A DNA stretch of 64,000 nt from Lytechinus pictus (lineage: Eukaryota): positions 3,412,001-3,476,000 of the forward strand of contig NC_087245.1 of the NCBI RefSeq assembly GCF_037042905.1, given 5' to 3'. The translations under genes and the position numbers were made by a program. How positions within the stretch are numbered: position 1 is the stretch's first letter; the number at the start of each line of letters is the position of its first letter. Below the pieces are notes generated by a model. The model saw nothing but the letters and a program-made list of their open reading frames with translations, had not been told where the DNA came from and did no database searches. This document shows positions 28,623 to 41,031 of the stretch, in pieces.

Positions 28623-31600
28623 GATAACATTTGAAATGAGCAATTTCTCATGAATATGAAATATGACGAAATAATTCATGCACAATAATTCAATTGCAAC
28701 AGTTTGAATTTTACAACTCAACATACACTATATAAATTGTTAAAAACATACTGCGGGAAACATGTGTTTCACGTGTTGATACTCCATTTCCTATTCCATG
28801 TAAAATTCATGATAACTTGATAACTTATGAATCATACTATCTAGAGTAGATATGAACAGCGCGGTGATTCATAGGTTGAGAAGACATAGGATTATAATGT
28901 TCTGCTCTAGATGCAGAGGATAGAGTAAAGGTTATATACACATTCACTTTCCAAAGGCTATACCCTTAGGGCACAAGTGTCGGGGATATGGTTAAGCAGC
29001 CAAGGAGATTGAAAAAAATGAGGTCTGTTCTGGAGCAGACGTCGCTTTCTCTTCACTACGTCTCCAAGAACGCAAATGTGATTTACTGACAAATGGTCAA
29101 TATCTGGTGCCCAATGCACTCTACTCGCAGTACACTTTGATGCTAAAATTATGTGTTCTATGTAAGGAGAAAAATTAAAAATTCTGTAACTCTTCTTTTA
29201 ATTAAACGACCTTTAACTGAAATATGTATTAAATTATATGTGAATAGTAAAAAGAGTCACCTTGAGAGTCAACATTGACAAAAAAATATATATGGGAAGA
29301 TTAGAAATTGTACAGCTTGTGCCGCAAATAATAACTGAAGTTTTACCAATTTTGTTACTTCTAGGGTTAGCAAAAATCATCCAGTAGCTGCGGCAGGTTT
29401 GTATTCCTATTCACAGATGTTTGCACCATGGGGTTGAATACATGCTTGAGAGAGAGGTCAGCATTTACTAACCCCGTAGGACTCTATGATATTATCCTAG
29501 TCATAAAATATACAACAGAATTTCAATGCTCGATAACGTTGTTTCCAACAGCATATCTTTGACTCAGTATGCCTAATTTACCCAAGGGTCAGCTCAGATT
29601 AACTTTACCACTGATGCCTTAGGCTTGTTGACCATGGTGGCTGTATGGAGCGACATTCACACTGTCACTCTCACACATATTGATAGCACGCACACAATTA
29701 GAACCATCTCAAAATTATGTTCGCATATACTTTATCTGGGAAAGAAATCGTATAGTTTTCCACACACGCTCTTAGCTGCCAAACTTTCAAAATTCCAGAT
29801 TGCTAATGCATTTGAAGATAAAATGCAATCTGGAGGAGATTGGAAAGGCAATTATTGGATTCTTTTCATAGTCAAAGGGGAAACGCGTATACAAGGAAAA
29901 TCAGTTGAAAACTGCAGTTAATAACTTTACTTCATTTTGTCAATATCCCCGTAATATCACGTATCATATAGGTCAATCGAAATTATTTTCTTTTGGTTTC
30001 TACAACGTCTTCTCGCTTTGGCAAGGATGAGAAAAAGCTATAATATTTAGAATAGACAAAGGAAAAGTATGTAATCCTGCATGTTTTTAAGATCATACTC
30101 ATTGTTCTTTTAAAGTGAACGGAATTAATCTTATGTAATTAATCTATGTATGTAATACATGTATAAAACTATTTTTTGCCATTCTATGTGTGATAGTTAT
30201 TCAAAGGGATTTGTATCATATTCATATTTCCGGGCAAATCGATTCATGAATAACGGGTCAAAATGAATTATGGTCTTTTCAATCCTTGTTCGATGCAGTG
30301 TATGTTCCAATGGGAAATCAAGCATAAAATCGCTCCATTTTAGATCATCTACGGTTATCAATAATGATCTATTAGGCAACTGTTTGAGAATCAAATATTC
30401 ACTTTTACAAAAGTCATGTTTCTAAAATTATTTTGTTCATTCAAAATTACCCCCCCCCCCCCCACCGTAGCTTGTGGTTTTTTGCTTTACATACTCCTTT
30501 CATTTTACTATATTTTTGTAGTTCTCTGCAAAGTTTGTTGAGCGTATGCTGTTACCCTCATTCTGTACAGAAGACAATAGTTTCGTTTGTCATACCAGAG
30601 TATCACCTTATTATCTTATATCGGAAATATAATATGATTGCAATCCAAAGTGCAACAACAACATTACTTTGTTAAAAAGGTGGGATGGGGCATGGACGAA
30701 GCAATCGCAGAAGTATCCGTTGAGCGACCATCTGTGATATTATCTCGTTTGAAGAGCGTTAAAAGGAGACAAGAACCATTTCCTTCCGATCGAGTCAACA
30801 GCTCTCTCCAATTTCATCACATGAGCTGTTCTATGCTTCACGGTTGTCTTCGTCTTCTTCCAAGCTGAGTAGAGTTGGGATTATCAACTCATTCTAGCAA
30901 AAAATCCTTCATGATTACCCGATGATTACTCTTGTCATCAACTCGCACTCATCGCAGAGACTTGAGCACTCATTAAAGGGAGCAATCCCATCTATCTTTC
31001 ACAACCCATATGCGACATGCCCACTCCAACTCTCCTTCCATACATGATTAATTCTTCATGAAGTACCAATGTTGATGTAATGACAAGCATATTTTGTATA
31101 ATTATATCAAATGTTTTCAGTTTCATCTTTATCCATATAATATCATTTGCAATATGTTCTTTTTTAATTTCTTGCTATTTAGAATTAAAGATGCATTTAC
31201 CATTGTATTTTCTAATTATGATTTATTTATAATAATCAGTGTTAATTATTTGTCTTAGCAGTAGTTTTAGTGAAATATATTGAACCGCTTTCTTCTAATC
31301 TTCAATGTGTTCTACACTTACATTTTCAATTCGAATGGTTAATTTCATTAAAATAAACACAGTAATAATTAACTCGATTCTTAATGTCTAAAATAAATCA
31401 CAATTATCATCTTTTGTATGTATATCTTCATATTATCAGAGGAATAAAATGCAACTTTTTTAGCTTGAAGTTCTTATTGGTAGGGTTTGTTTACAAGCTC
31501 TTGTATTTTTATACCACACCAGCATTGTGTTCATATTGAGCAAATACTTGGGAAAGGTTTATTAATGTAAACTACCTGGTGAATTTAGGATTATAATTGT

Positions 31601-32054
31601 TGGCAATTATTGTTAGATCACTTTCTTATTAGCGCCCGTAGCATTCGGGCCATTTATGGTGTTCAAATTTTCAAAATCTTATTTTTATCTGAGAATTTAG
31701 TAATAAAATTAGATTTCGCCTATTGATAAATCCGTGTTTTAGCGGAAAAGCACCCGCTTATTTATTGATGTACAACATTCCCACATGATTACAAAAGGAA
31801 AAGAAAAATCCATATATACCTGAGGTAACACTTCTGTAGTTAGTATGATGATCATTGTATACATGGAAGGTCCAACTTCATCGTCTGTTATGTCATCAGG
31901 ATTTGCACACACATATGTAAGCCAGATATCTGTAGAACGATCATTGTTTTTTCCAAGAACCATAATAATACTTTCAATCCCTGGAAGGATAAGAAAAAAA
32001 AGTCGTACCGAATAACCCGCGTATATATCATAATAAATGCGCCAAGAAACGAAA

Positions 32055-32080
32055 CACGTGACAGACTGACGTCATTGACG
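32055..32080. promoter_or_regulatory. E-box, full CRE and half CRE cluster upstream of a candidate PDE1 first exon
   Basis: CACGTG at 32055-32060, TGACGTCA at 32067-32074 and TGACG at 32076-32080, in a locally CpG-rich segment. Confidence 0.5.
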
Positions 32081-32159
32081 TATACGCACAGGCCTCCGGG
32101 CTATTTGGCGGGGGCACATGGAGGGAGAGAAGATGCAGTTGCTGCAAGATTGAAATAAT

Positions 32160-32169
32160 ATGGCTCCTG
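32160..32169 (+). CDS. PDE1: Candidate first coding exon of PDE1 (M-A-P, phase 1)
   Basis: aataatATGGCTCCTG|GTATGT has A at -3 and G at +4 and a good donor. Phase 1 joins exon 34330 in frame to give MAPVANPP. Promoter-like motifs lie about 90 bp upstream. Confidence 0.5.
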
Positions 32170-32957
32170 GTATGTATTTTATCCAAAGATCGTAACACCG
32201 CTTGCGTCGGATATAAATCTACCGATATTCGCTATGCACAGTCTAAATCTTTCAAGCACGGTGTCTCACAAAGATTTTTCCACGCTTATAAGCTCGTAGA
32301 ATTCCGAACCACACAGTTGAATACCATTGGAATATCATTCCATTGCGAGATATAAGTAACAGTGACTTTGTGTAAAGAGGCAATTCCAAGTGCCCTAAAT
32401 GGCACATCAGTCCGAATAAGCTAGAAAAACGAAGCACGTATTCATAATGCCAGAGGCATAGATATCCAAAGCAGCATCGCCTATGTTGAGAAACTTTTTG
32501 TTATGGATTTTAATTTTTTGTATTATCATTTCCGATAATATCATAATGATGCTGTTACATTATTGTCTGTAAGCAAGACCTCTCTATACTTGTTATTCCC
32601 ATGCAGGGAATATCTCAATAATCTCTATTCCAATGAAATAGCATCAGTCCACGTTACTACTGGTACAGAATGGGCGATGTTGTGCAAAACACATTTTACC
32701 GAAAACGGATAAATTTGTCACATATGATTTTGTAAAATGTAACGGAAATACTAAAATTCTGTTTACATCTGATATCTGCATTCTCATTATGCTAATGAGT
32801 ATTGTTATAAACTTTTTAACAAACTTTTTCAATTGTGTCTTGTAAAAAGAACTTCATTATTCAATAATCACATAATCATATTAGAAAGAATAGAAAAAAA
32901 CATTTCTTCTTCTCTCTCTTTCTCTTTGCCCTATTTATTTGCCTCTCTCGTCCCCAG

Positions 32958-33050
32958 ACTCGTATGCCCCGGAGAGACTCATCAGTGACAAATACAAGCC
33001 AAATGGATCAATATGTGATATCTCTCCATGTCTTATACTGGCGGTGCGCG
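32958..33050 (+). CDS. Possible 93-nt symmetric cassette exon of PDE1
   Basis: A pyrimidine tract of about 55 nt ends in CCCCAG. The frame is open in phase 1 (DSYAPERLISDKYKPNGSICDISPCLILAVR). The donor G|GTATCT is weak, so the 3' boundary is uncertain. Confidence 0.25.
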
Positions 33051-33539
33051 GTATCTTCGAACAGGTGTTTTTTTCGGGATACCTCCATTGTGGTTGCCGC
33101 GCTAAAATCAATGACACTAATGCGAGAAACACATACACAACTTATACACCAATACAAGTTGGCTATGACGCCGATTGTCCATCACTGGCAATCTATTCAT
33201 TTATTTATTTACTTTTATACCGAATGCACGAGTTTAAGGCGTATGTCGAATTCTGGTACTGGTATTGAAAGAGGAGAGATAATCGAGAGGATCGTCTAAT
33301 CACTTACTTTTCATTAAATTAATTTTCATGTAGACATTATTAATTTAAAGGAAGATATTCAGCATAATAATCTTAATGATGATTATATTAATAAAGATAA
33401 TAATTATTATTCGTTTAATTATTAAAAATATCGGTAGTAGTAGCATTATTGTTCTTGTTGTTATAACTATTATTACTATAACGATGATAATAATCCATTT
33501 TTTCAAACGGAACGACGTCTCTAACCGCTTTATAGAATA

Positions 33540-33777
33540 CCCAGACGTCAGAATCCTCGCTTGCCTGATCACAATGCATTCCCTTCTCAACTCCCTTGAG
33601 AGTATTCCAACCACAGTTTTCAAAATCAAACATCCGACCAGGTGCCGAATTTACGCCTGATGATGGTTCGGAAAATATGGGAATGACGCCTTGCCAAAGG
33701 ACTCTTGACCGATAAGGGGATCGAACACTTGACCCTCTGATTACAAGCCCAGAGTCAGAATCAGTACACCACGACTC
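33540..33777 (-). mobile_element. tRNA-derived SINE, diverged, same family as 43524
   Basis: The reverse complement gagtcgtggtgtactgattctgactc...gtgttcgatcc...gtcctttggcaagg aligns with the head at 43524. Confidence 0.75.
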
Positions 33778-34329
33778 AGTAATCAATCATTATTGGTTAT
33801 TTTTCCTTACCTATCTCTTATTAGGCTTTATATTGTAATTAAACAATGAATAAACATTTATTTATATATATAGGTGTGTGAGTCTTATTGCCGGTACTGG
33901 TCTTGTATTAATGGATTTCATTTTCTTTTGCATTATCTATAATCTCACTTAGCATTTTGGTAATGAATTGGCATTAGCCAATTTTTTTTATATTTAACGT
34001 TATTTTAAACTATTATTCTGTCTAACATTTATCATTAATTAATTGTTATATTGTGATTTATCACAATTTTATCTTCCTACTATTATGCACATTTAAACTG
34101 CCGGCTCTAATTCTCATGTTATTCTATGTTGCACATGAACTTTGATATGATTCGCCACTACAATAGTTTATCATTGCATTAACAGATTGTCACCCAAATC
34201 TCAGCATGATATACAATTATCATTGGCTGTATATTAGTGATTGCCATGTGAGGCAATTTGCCAACATCAAACACGAATTGTGATCATCGTCTTACAATTT
34301 TGTTTATTTTTTCCTCTTGCTCCCCACAG

Positions 34330-34398
34330 TTGCCAATCCACCGAACAATGCGAATAAAGAAAGCCCGGCCAGTCCCAGAGGAAGAGTAGATGGAAAAA
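34330..34398 (+). CDS. PDE1: PDE1 N-terminal exon (69 nt, phase 1-1): ANPPNNANKESPASPRGRVDGK
   Basis: Acceptor ttttttcctcttgctccccacAG and donor GTGAGT. The frame is open and joins the next exon in phase. Confidence 0.7.
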
Positions 34399-34431
34399 GT
34401 GAGTATATTAGTTATAGTAATACGGCAGTAT

Positions 34432-34485
34432 CGTAGTGGTAGTAGTAGTAGCAGCAGCAGCAGCAGAAGTAGTTGCAGCAGCAGC

Positions 34486-34549
<64 letters not shown>
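34432..34549. repeat. (AGT)n/(AGC)n microsatellite
   Basis: Direct reading. Confidence 0.95.
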
Positions 34550-34977
34550 ATGTTGGTGGTGCTAGTAAATTGATTTAATGCGCGGCGGTTTCCAGAGATT
34601 TCTGGCCCCTTTTAGGGGGCGAGACCACTCTCCCCCATAGGCTGATTTACATACAGAATTTAGAGGGGGACACCCCCTCACCTTCCCTCGGGTTTGCCGC
34701 CCAAACTAGGAATTAGTTACGAGTTGGTGTTACCGCCTGTTAGTGTTAGTTTATTTTGTCATTGATGTTTTTGTTAATCATTGCTTTCGAGATATTACAG
34801 ACAGCAGGTTTCCACCCCTAGATATATTGTTAATTAATCTCTGGTTATATTCCCTTCTTTATGGGTATATATTTGAATCTTGTTTCCGAATAAGCTTTGT
34901 CACTCGCTATTTAAGCTCTTATTAATGCTTCTTTCTATACGGTTTCTGGATTCCTTACTCTGTCTTTCCAAATGTAG

Positions 34978-35254
34978 AAATGGAGTATAGGATAATAAAA
35001 AAGACAGACGGAAAACGGAGATTGAGGCGGCAGGATTCACAATCGATGGACGAAGAGTCCCTGGCTAGCATTGATCTTGAAGTCAGCGAGACCATGCCCC
35101 CTGCCACCTCGCCACAAGGGGCCGTCCTAGCTGCATTACGCCTGCGTAGTCTGGTATTACGGTTAGAAAGGGAAGAGGTATCGAAGAAGTACCTCAAAGA
35201 AAACTTGGAGTATGCTGCCTCAGTACTAGATACCCTTAAGCAGGATGAAACAAG
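34978..35254 (+). CDS. PDE1: PDE1 exon containing the first calmodulin-binding region
   Basis: AG acceptor at 34976-34977 and GTAAGC donor at 35255. It encodes LRLRSLVLRLEREEVSKKYLKENLEYAASVLDTLKQDETR, matching the PDE1 motif RLRxLVxxLE...LKxNLEYAAxVL...DETR. Confidence 0.93.
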
Positions 35255-35714
35255 GTAAGCAACTTTTGAAAACTAATAAAAGACTTTTCGGTTGTAAGCT
35301 AGACATTATGTTTAATGAAGGTCAACAGATAAATGCAGAAATATGTTTTTCTCAAGTTGTGATTATGATGTTTTATATCAGTTAAGCTATAAACCTGCCT
35401 AAGAGGCGTCTAACATTCATAGCTATTTTTATGGCACATTTTTATTAAAATGTAGTAAAGCATAATGACAAAGATTTATCTCATTCCAATGAACTCAATT
35501 TCTCTCCATGTCATAACCCTTCTCATTTACAGCTCCACTTGCTGCCAGATTATTTCTATTACTCATTTTCCACCCCTAATCTCGACGTCGATCGCCTCCC
35601 CATAGTCCATTTTATTCAAAATTAAAATCTTCCCGTCACTCCTATACACTGAAAAAACAAAACTTTTATCACATTATCCTCCCAAAATATTTTCATTACC
35701 CCCTCCTCCCTTCC

Positions 35715-38700
35715 ATGACCTCTTCACATTATCCTCTACTTACAACCTACCTCTTCCCATTACACATCTACTCACCATCAACCTCTTCCCATTATACATC
35801 TACTCACTACCAAACTCTTCCCATTAAACATCAACTCACCAACCTATTCCCATTACCCCTCTACTCACTACCAAACACTTCCCATTACACATCAACTCAC
35901 TACCGACCTGTTCCCGTTACCCTACTACTCACCACCGTCCTATTCCCATTAACGCTTTACACACCGTCGTCCTCTTTCCATATACCTACTATTCACTACC
36001 GTCCTATTTCCATTACCACTCTACTCACCAACAACCTCTTCGCATTACCCCCTCTACTCACCACCGACCTCTTCCCATTACCCCTCTACTCACCACCGAC
36101 CTCTTCGCATTACCCCTCTACTCACCACCGACCTCTTCCCATTACCCCTAATCTCAACACTGACATCCTCCCATTACTCCTCTACTCACCACCGACATCT
36201 TCCCATTACCCCTCTACTCACCACCGACCTCTTCCCATTACCCCTCTACTCACCACCAACCTCTTCCCATTACCCCTCTACTCACCACCAACCTCTTCCC
36301 ATTACCCCTCTACTCACCACCGTCCCCTTCCCATTATCCCTCTACTCACCACCGTTCCCTTCCCGTTACACATTCTACTCACTACCAAACATTTTCCAAT
36401 ATCCTCACTACCAAACTCTCCCCATTACACATTTACTCACTACCAAACTCTTCCCATTACACATGTACTCACTACCGACCTGTTCCCGTTACCTTACTAC
36501 TCACCACCGTCCTATTCCCATTAACGCTTTACACACCACCGACCTCTTTCCATATACCTCCTATTCACTACCGTCCTATTTCCATTACCTCTCTACTCAC
36601 CACCGACCTCTTCCCATTACACATCTACTCACCAACAACCTCTTCGCATTACCCCTCTACTCACCACCGACCTCTTCCCATTACACATATACTCACCAAC
36701 CTATTCCCATTACCCCTCTACTCACTACCAAACACTTCCCATTACACATCAACTCACCAACCTATTCCCATTACCCCTCTACTCACTACCAAACACTTCC
36801 CATTACACATCGACTCACTACCGACCTGTTCCCGTTGACCTACTACTCACCACCGTCCTATTCCCATTAACGCTTTACACACCGTCGTCCTCTTTCCATA
36901 TACCTACTATTCACTACCGTCCTATTTCCATTACCACTCTACTCACCACCGACCTCTTCCCATTACCGCTCTACTCACCAACAACCTCTTCGCATTACCC
37001 CCTCTACTCACCACCGACCTCTTCCCATTACCCCTCTACTCACCACCGACCTCTTCGCATTACCCCTCTACTCACCACCGACCTCTTCCCATTACCCCTA
37101 ATCTCAACACTGACATCCTCCCATTACTCCTCTACTCACCACCGACATCTTCCCATTACCCCTCTACTCACCACCGACCTCTTCCCATTACCCCTCTACT
37201 CACCACCAACCTCTTCCCATTACCCCTCTACTCACCACCGTCCCCTTCCCATTACCCATCTACTCACCACCGTTCCCTTCCCGTTACACATTCTACTCAC
37301 TTCCAAACTTTTTCCAATATCCTCACTACCAAACTCTCCCCATTACACATTTACTCACTACCAAACTCTTCCCATTACACATGTACTCACTACCGACCTG
37401 TTCCCGTTACCTTACTACTCACCACCGTCCTATTCCCATTAACGCTTTACACAACACCGACCTCTTTCCATATACCTCCTATTCACTACCGTCCTATTTC
37501 CATTACCTCTCTACTCACCACCGACCTCTTCCCATAACACATCTACTCACCAACAACCTCTTCGCATTACCCCTCTACTCACCACCGACCTCTTCCCATT
37601 ACACATCTAATCACTACCAAACTTTTTCCAATATCCTCACTACCAAACTCTCCCAATTACACATCTACTCACGACCAAACTCTTCCCATTACACATGTAC
37701 TCACTACCGACCTGTTCCCGTTACCTTACTACTCACCACCGTCCTATTCCCATTACCGCTTTATACACAACCAACCTCTTCCCATTGCACATCTACTCAC
37801 CACCGACCTCTTCCCATTGCACATCTACTCACCACGAACCTCTTCCCATTACACCTCTACTCACCACCAACCTCTCCCCATTGCACATCTACTCACCACC
37901 GACCTCTTCCCATTGCACATCTACTCACCACCAACCTCTCCCCATTGCACATCTACTCACCACCGACATCTTCCCATTACACCTCTACTCACCACCAACC
38001 TCTCCCCATTGCACCTCTACTCACCACCGACCTTTTCCCATTGCACAGCTACTCACCACCGACCTCTTCCCATTGCACATCTACTCACCACCGACCTCTT
38101 CCCATTGCATATCTACTCACCACCAACCTCTTCTCATTATCCCTCTACTCAGCAACGACCTTTTTCCAATTACCCCTCTACTCACCACCAACCTCTTCTC
38201 ATTACCCCTCTACTCACCACCAACCTCTTCCCATTACCCCTCTACTCACCACCAACCTCTTCTCATTACCCCTCTACTCACCACCAACCTCTTCCCATTA
38301 CCCCTCTACTCACCACCAACCTCTTCCCATTACCCCTCTATTCACCACCAACCTCTTCCCATTACACCTCTACTCACCACCAACCTTCTCCCCATTGCAC
38401 ATCTACTCACCACCGACCTTTTCCCATTGCACATCTACTCACCACCGACCTCTTCCCATTGCACATCTACTCACCACCAACCTCTTCTCATTATCCCTCT
38501 ACTCAGCAGCGACCTTTTTCCAATTACCCCTCTACTCACCACCAACCTCTTCTCATTATCCCTCTACTCAGCAGCGACCTTTTTCCAATTACCCCTCTAC
38601 TCACCACCAACCTCTTCCCATTACCCCTCTACTCACCACCGACCTTTTCCCATTACCCCTCTTCTCACCACCAATCTCTTCCCATTACCCCTCTACTCAC

Positions 38701-38890
38701 ACCAACCTCTTCCCATTACCCCTCTACTCAGCACAAACCTCTTCGCATTACCCCTCTACTCACCACCGACATCTTCCCATTACCACTCTACTCACCACCA
38801 ACCTCTTCCCATTACCGCTCTACTCACCACCAACCTCTTCCCATTACCCCTCTACTCACCACCAACATCTTCCCATTACCTTTCTACTGT
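35715..38890. repeat. 32-bp minisatellite, about 3.2 kb, with higher-order duplication
   Basis: Unit CCCCTCTACTCACCACC(A/G)ACCTCTTCCCATTA. Diagnostic variants recur at offsets of 918-950 bp, for example atctcaacactgac at 36151 and 37101. Confidence 0.95.
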
Positions 38891-40985
38891 AACCTGTAAC
38901 TCACTATTAGCCTCTCTATTATTATATCTCTGCTCATCAGTGACCCGTTCTCATTACTCCTCTATTACAATACCAACCTCTTCCAATTACCAGCTTTGTA
39001 CTAAATATATAATTAGCTAAAATCCATACATCTACATTATCAAATATATTCACTTTAACCTGCCCAATATAAACATATTCTGATTACCATGTTTTACTCC
39101 TTTACCTTACTTAGATTGCCCCCATTAACTTCTGATTACCCCAGTATCATTATCCTCCACCACTTGTCTGTATGATGCTCCCTGTTTAAGCTTCAAATTT
39201 CACCCCTCTCCTTTCCTCTGCCTTCCATAGCAACACACTCACAGTCGTCTTGGTTCACGTTACAGAAGCAATCATGGAAGGTGCCAACATATCCCTAATG
39301 AAAGATGGCGGTGATAATTTCAGATTTGTTGAAAAAACAAGTGTTCACAGCAATCTTCTCTTTGGCAGGCCAATCAGCGTAAAATTTATTTTTGCAAAAG
39401 AAAAGATAAAAGAACATTTACAAAAAAAGCATGGATAATATATTGTCATCGTCCGTTCAAAACCCATTAGATTGGATTTATGGGTAAACACATAAATTTC
39501 CCCTTGGAATTTGCTTTAGGGACGTGGATTGTTTGTTTTAGCCAAGCCAGACAAATTTGAAATGTATACTATACGATGTATAAATTGGGAAAAGGAGCTT
39601 ACGTCATGGAAATGACACACCTGGTTAAATGTTCCCTTTCTGAGTGATAGAATATAAACACCATTCATCATTTTGCTCATGTAACAGCTTCAAATCTTCA
39701 AACATGTGTGATTGGGAAGCTCTTGATTATCTACATCTAAGTAATGTTTACTGTAATCAAAATGAACATGTATCTCGTAAATCTTGATCAAACTTTCATT
39801 AAATTATTCTTTTTATATTTCGTTGAGAACTAATGTGATCATAATTCGGGTTAAAAACTAAGTAACTAACATTATCAATATAAAGTAGTGTAAAGACATT
39901 CATGAAAAATAATAATATTTAATGATAATATAATAATATTCATAGAAGGCAAAAATTATTTCGATCTTAACATATTTTCCTGCGCTATATGCGACTCTTA
40001 ATATGCTTTTTACTATTAAGTGTTTTGAGTTTTGAAAATGTGATACACATTCGTAATTTTCATTGCCAACAACCTTAACGAGGAAGTTTGTATATCAAAT
40101 ACTAAAATTATAATTCCATAAAAATAAAATCCGTTTTCATTTTTTGCTCGGGAGGAGAGCTTAAAACAAAAGGAAATTAATTTTCAAAGTCATTAAATTT
40201 GGCAGCAATTGATTGGAATGCTGAAATAGCGGGGTTTGTAGCAATCCCTTCCAAAATTACGTTTGTGTAAATACTTTACTTCACGTGAACCAGGGAGGTC
40301 CTCTTTACCTCCATTCTGAAATTGACAATTTTGTCCAATAGTTAGGTAATAATCCATTATTAGATTGTGTTCATTTAAAAAGTTACTAAATATTATATGC
40401 TGTGTAAAATTTGAGCGGCCAAGAACAGACATTTTGCTCAGCCATTTTCGTCTCGAATTCACCCAGCTGTGATGAATTATTCAGTAGCATCTTAAACGAC
40501 GCAATTGTTAGCATAGCCCTCGGCAAGGCCTACTTATGGAAGGTTCTACACTTGGGACTGTGGGGGTGAACAAATAGGCATAGGCTAGGCGTGTATTCAA
40601 TGCAAGCTGCTCAATTATTGAAAGGTGCACACACTAGAAGTTGGATACATGATTCCAATGATGCAGAATACAGAGTCGATTAAATATTCCAAGGGAGATC
40701 TGTTTCCTGGGATCTGTTGGTAAATATCACATTTTCATTGGGCGTAAATGAAAGCTAAATGATAATTCTAAACAAAATAAAATTCAAAAATTGTATTTTA
40801 ACAATGTGACATTTTGAAAGTGATGCTGCAAACTTTTCAAACTCCTGAAAACGAGCTCGAGTATGAGCCTCTGTGTCTAACAAATGCAAAATCCTTGAAT
40901 TTGATTGCCTTAACTGGATCAGTAAGGCTCTTGGTTTTAAAAGCATATGGAGGTAGTAGGCTAACATGATGAATAGAACCACCCC

Positions 40986-40995
40986 CACACACACA

Positions 40996-41026
<31 letters not shown>

Positions 41027-41031
41027 GCGCA
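40986..41031. repeat. (CA)n(CG)n alternating purine-pyrimidine tract
   Basis: Direct reading: about 13 CA units followed by about 9 CG units. Confidence 0.95.

Noticed and set aside
32118..32153. Functional link between the UCA tRNA-like repeat and the in-frame TGA upstream of PDE1
   Set aside because: tRNAs act in trans and both local copies are defective, so proximity is not evidence.
35715..39020. Long ORFs of 269-503 aa rich in P/T/H/L/S
   Set aside because: They are translations of the G-poor 32-bp minisatellite. Several frames are open at once, and the array lies within a PDE1 intron.
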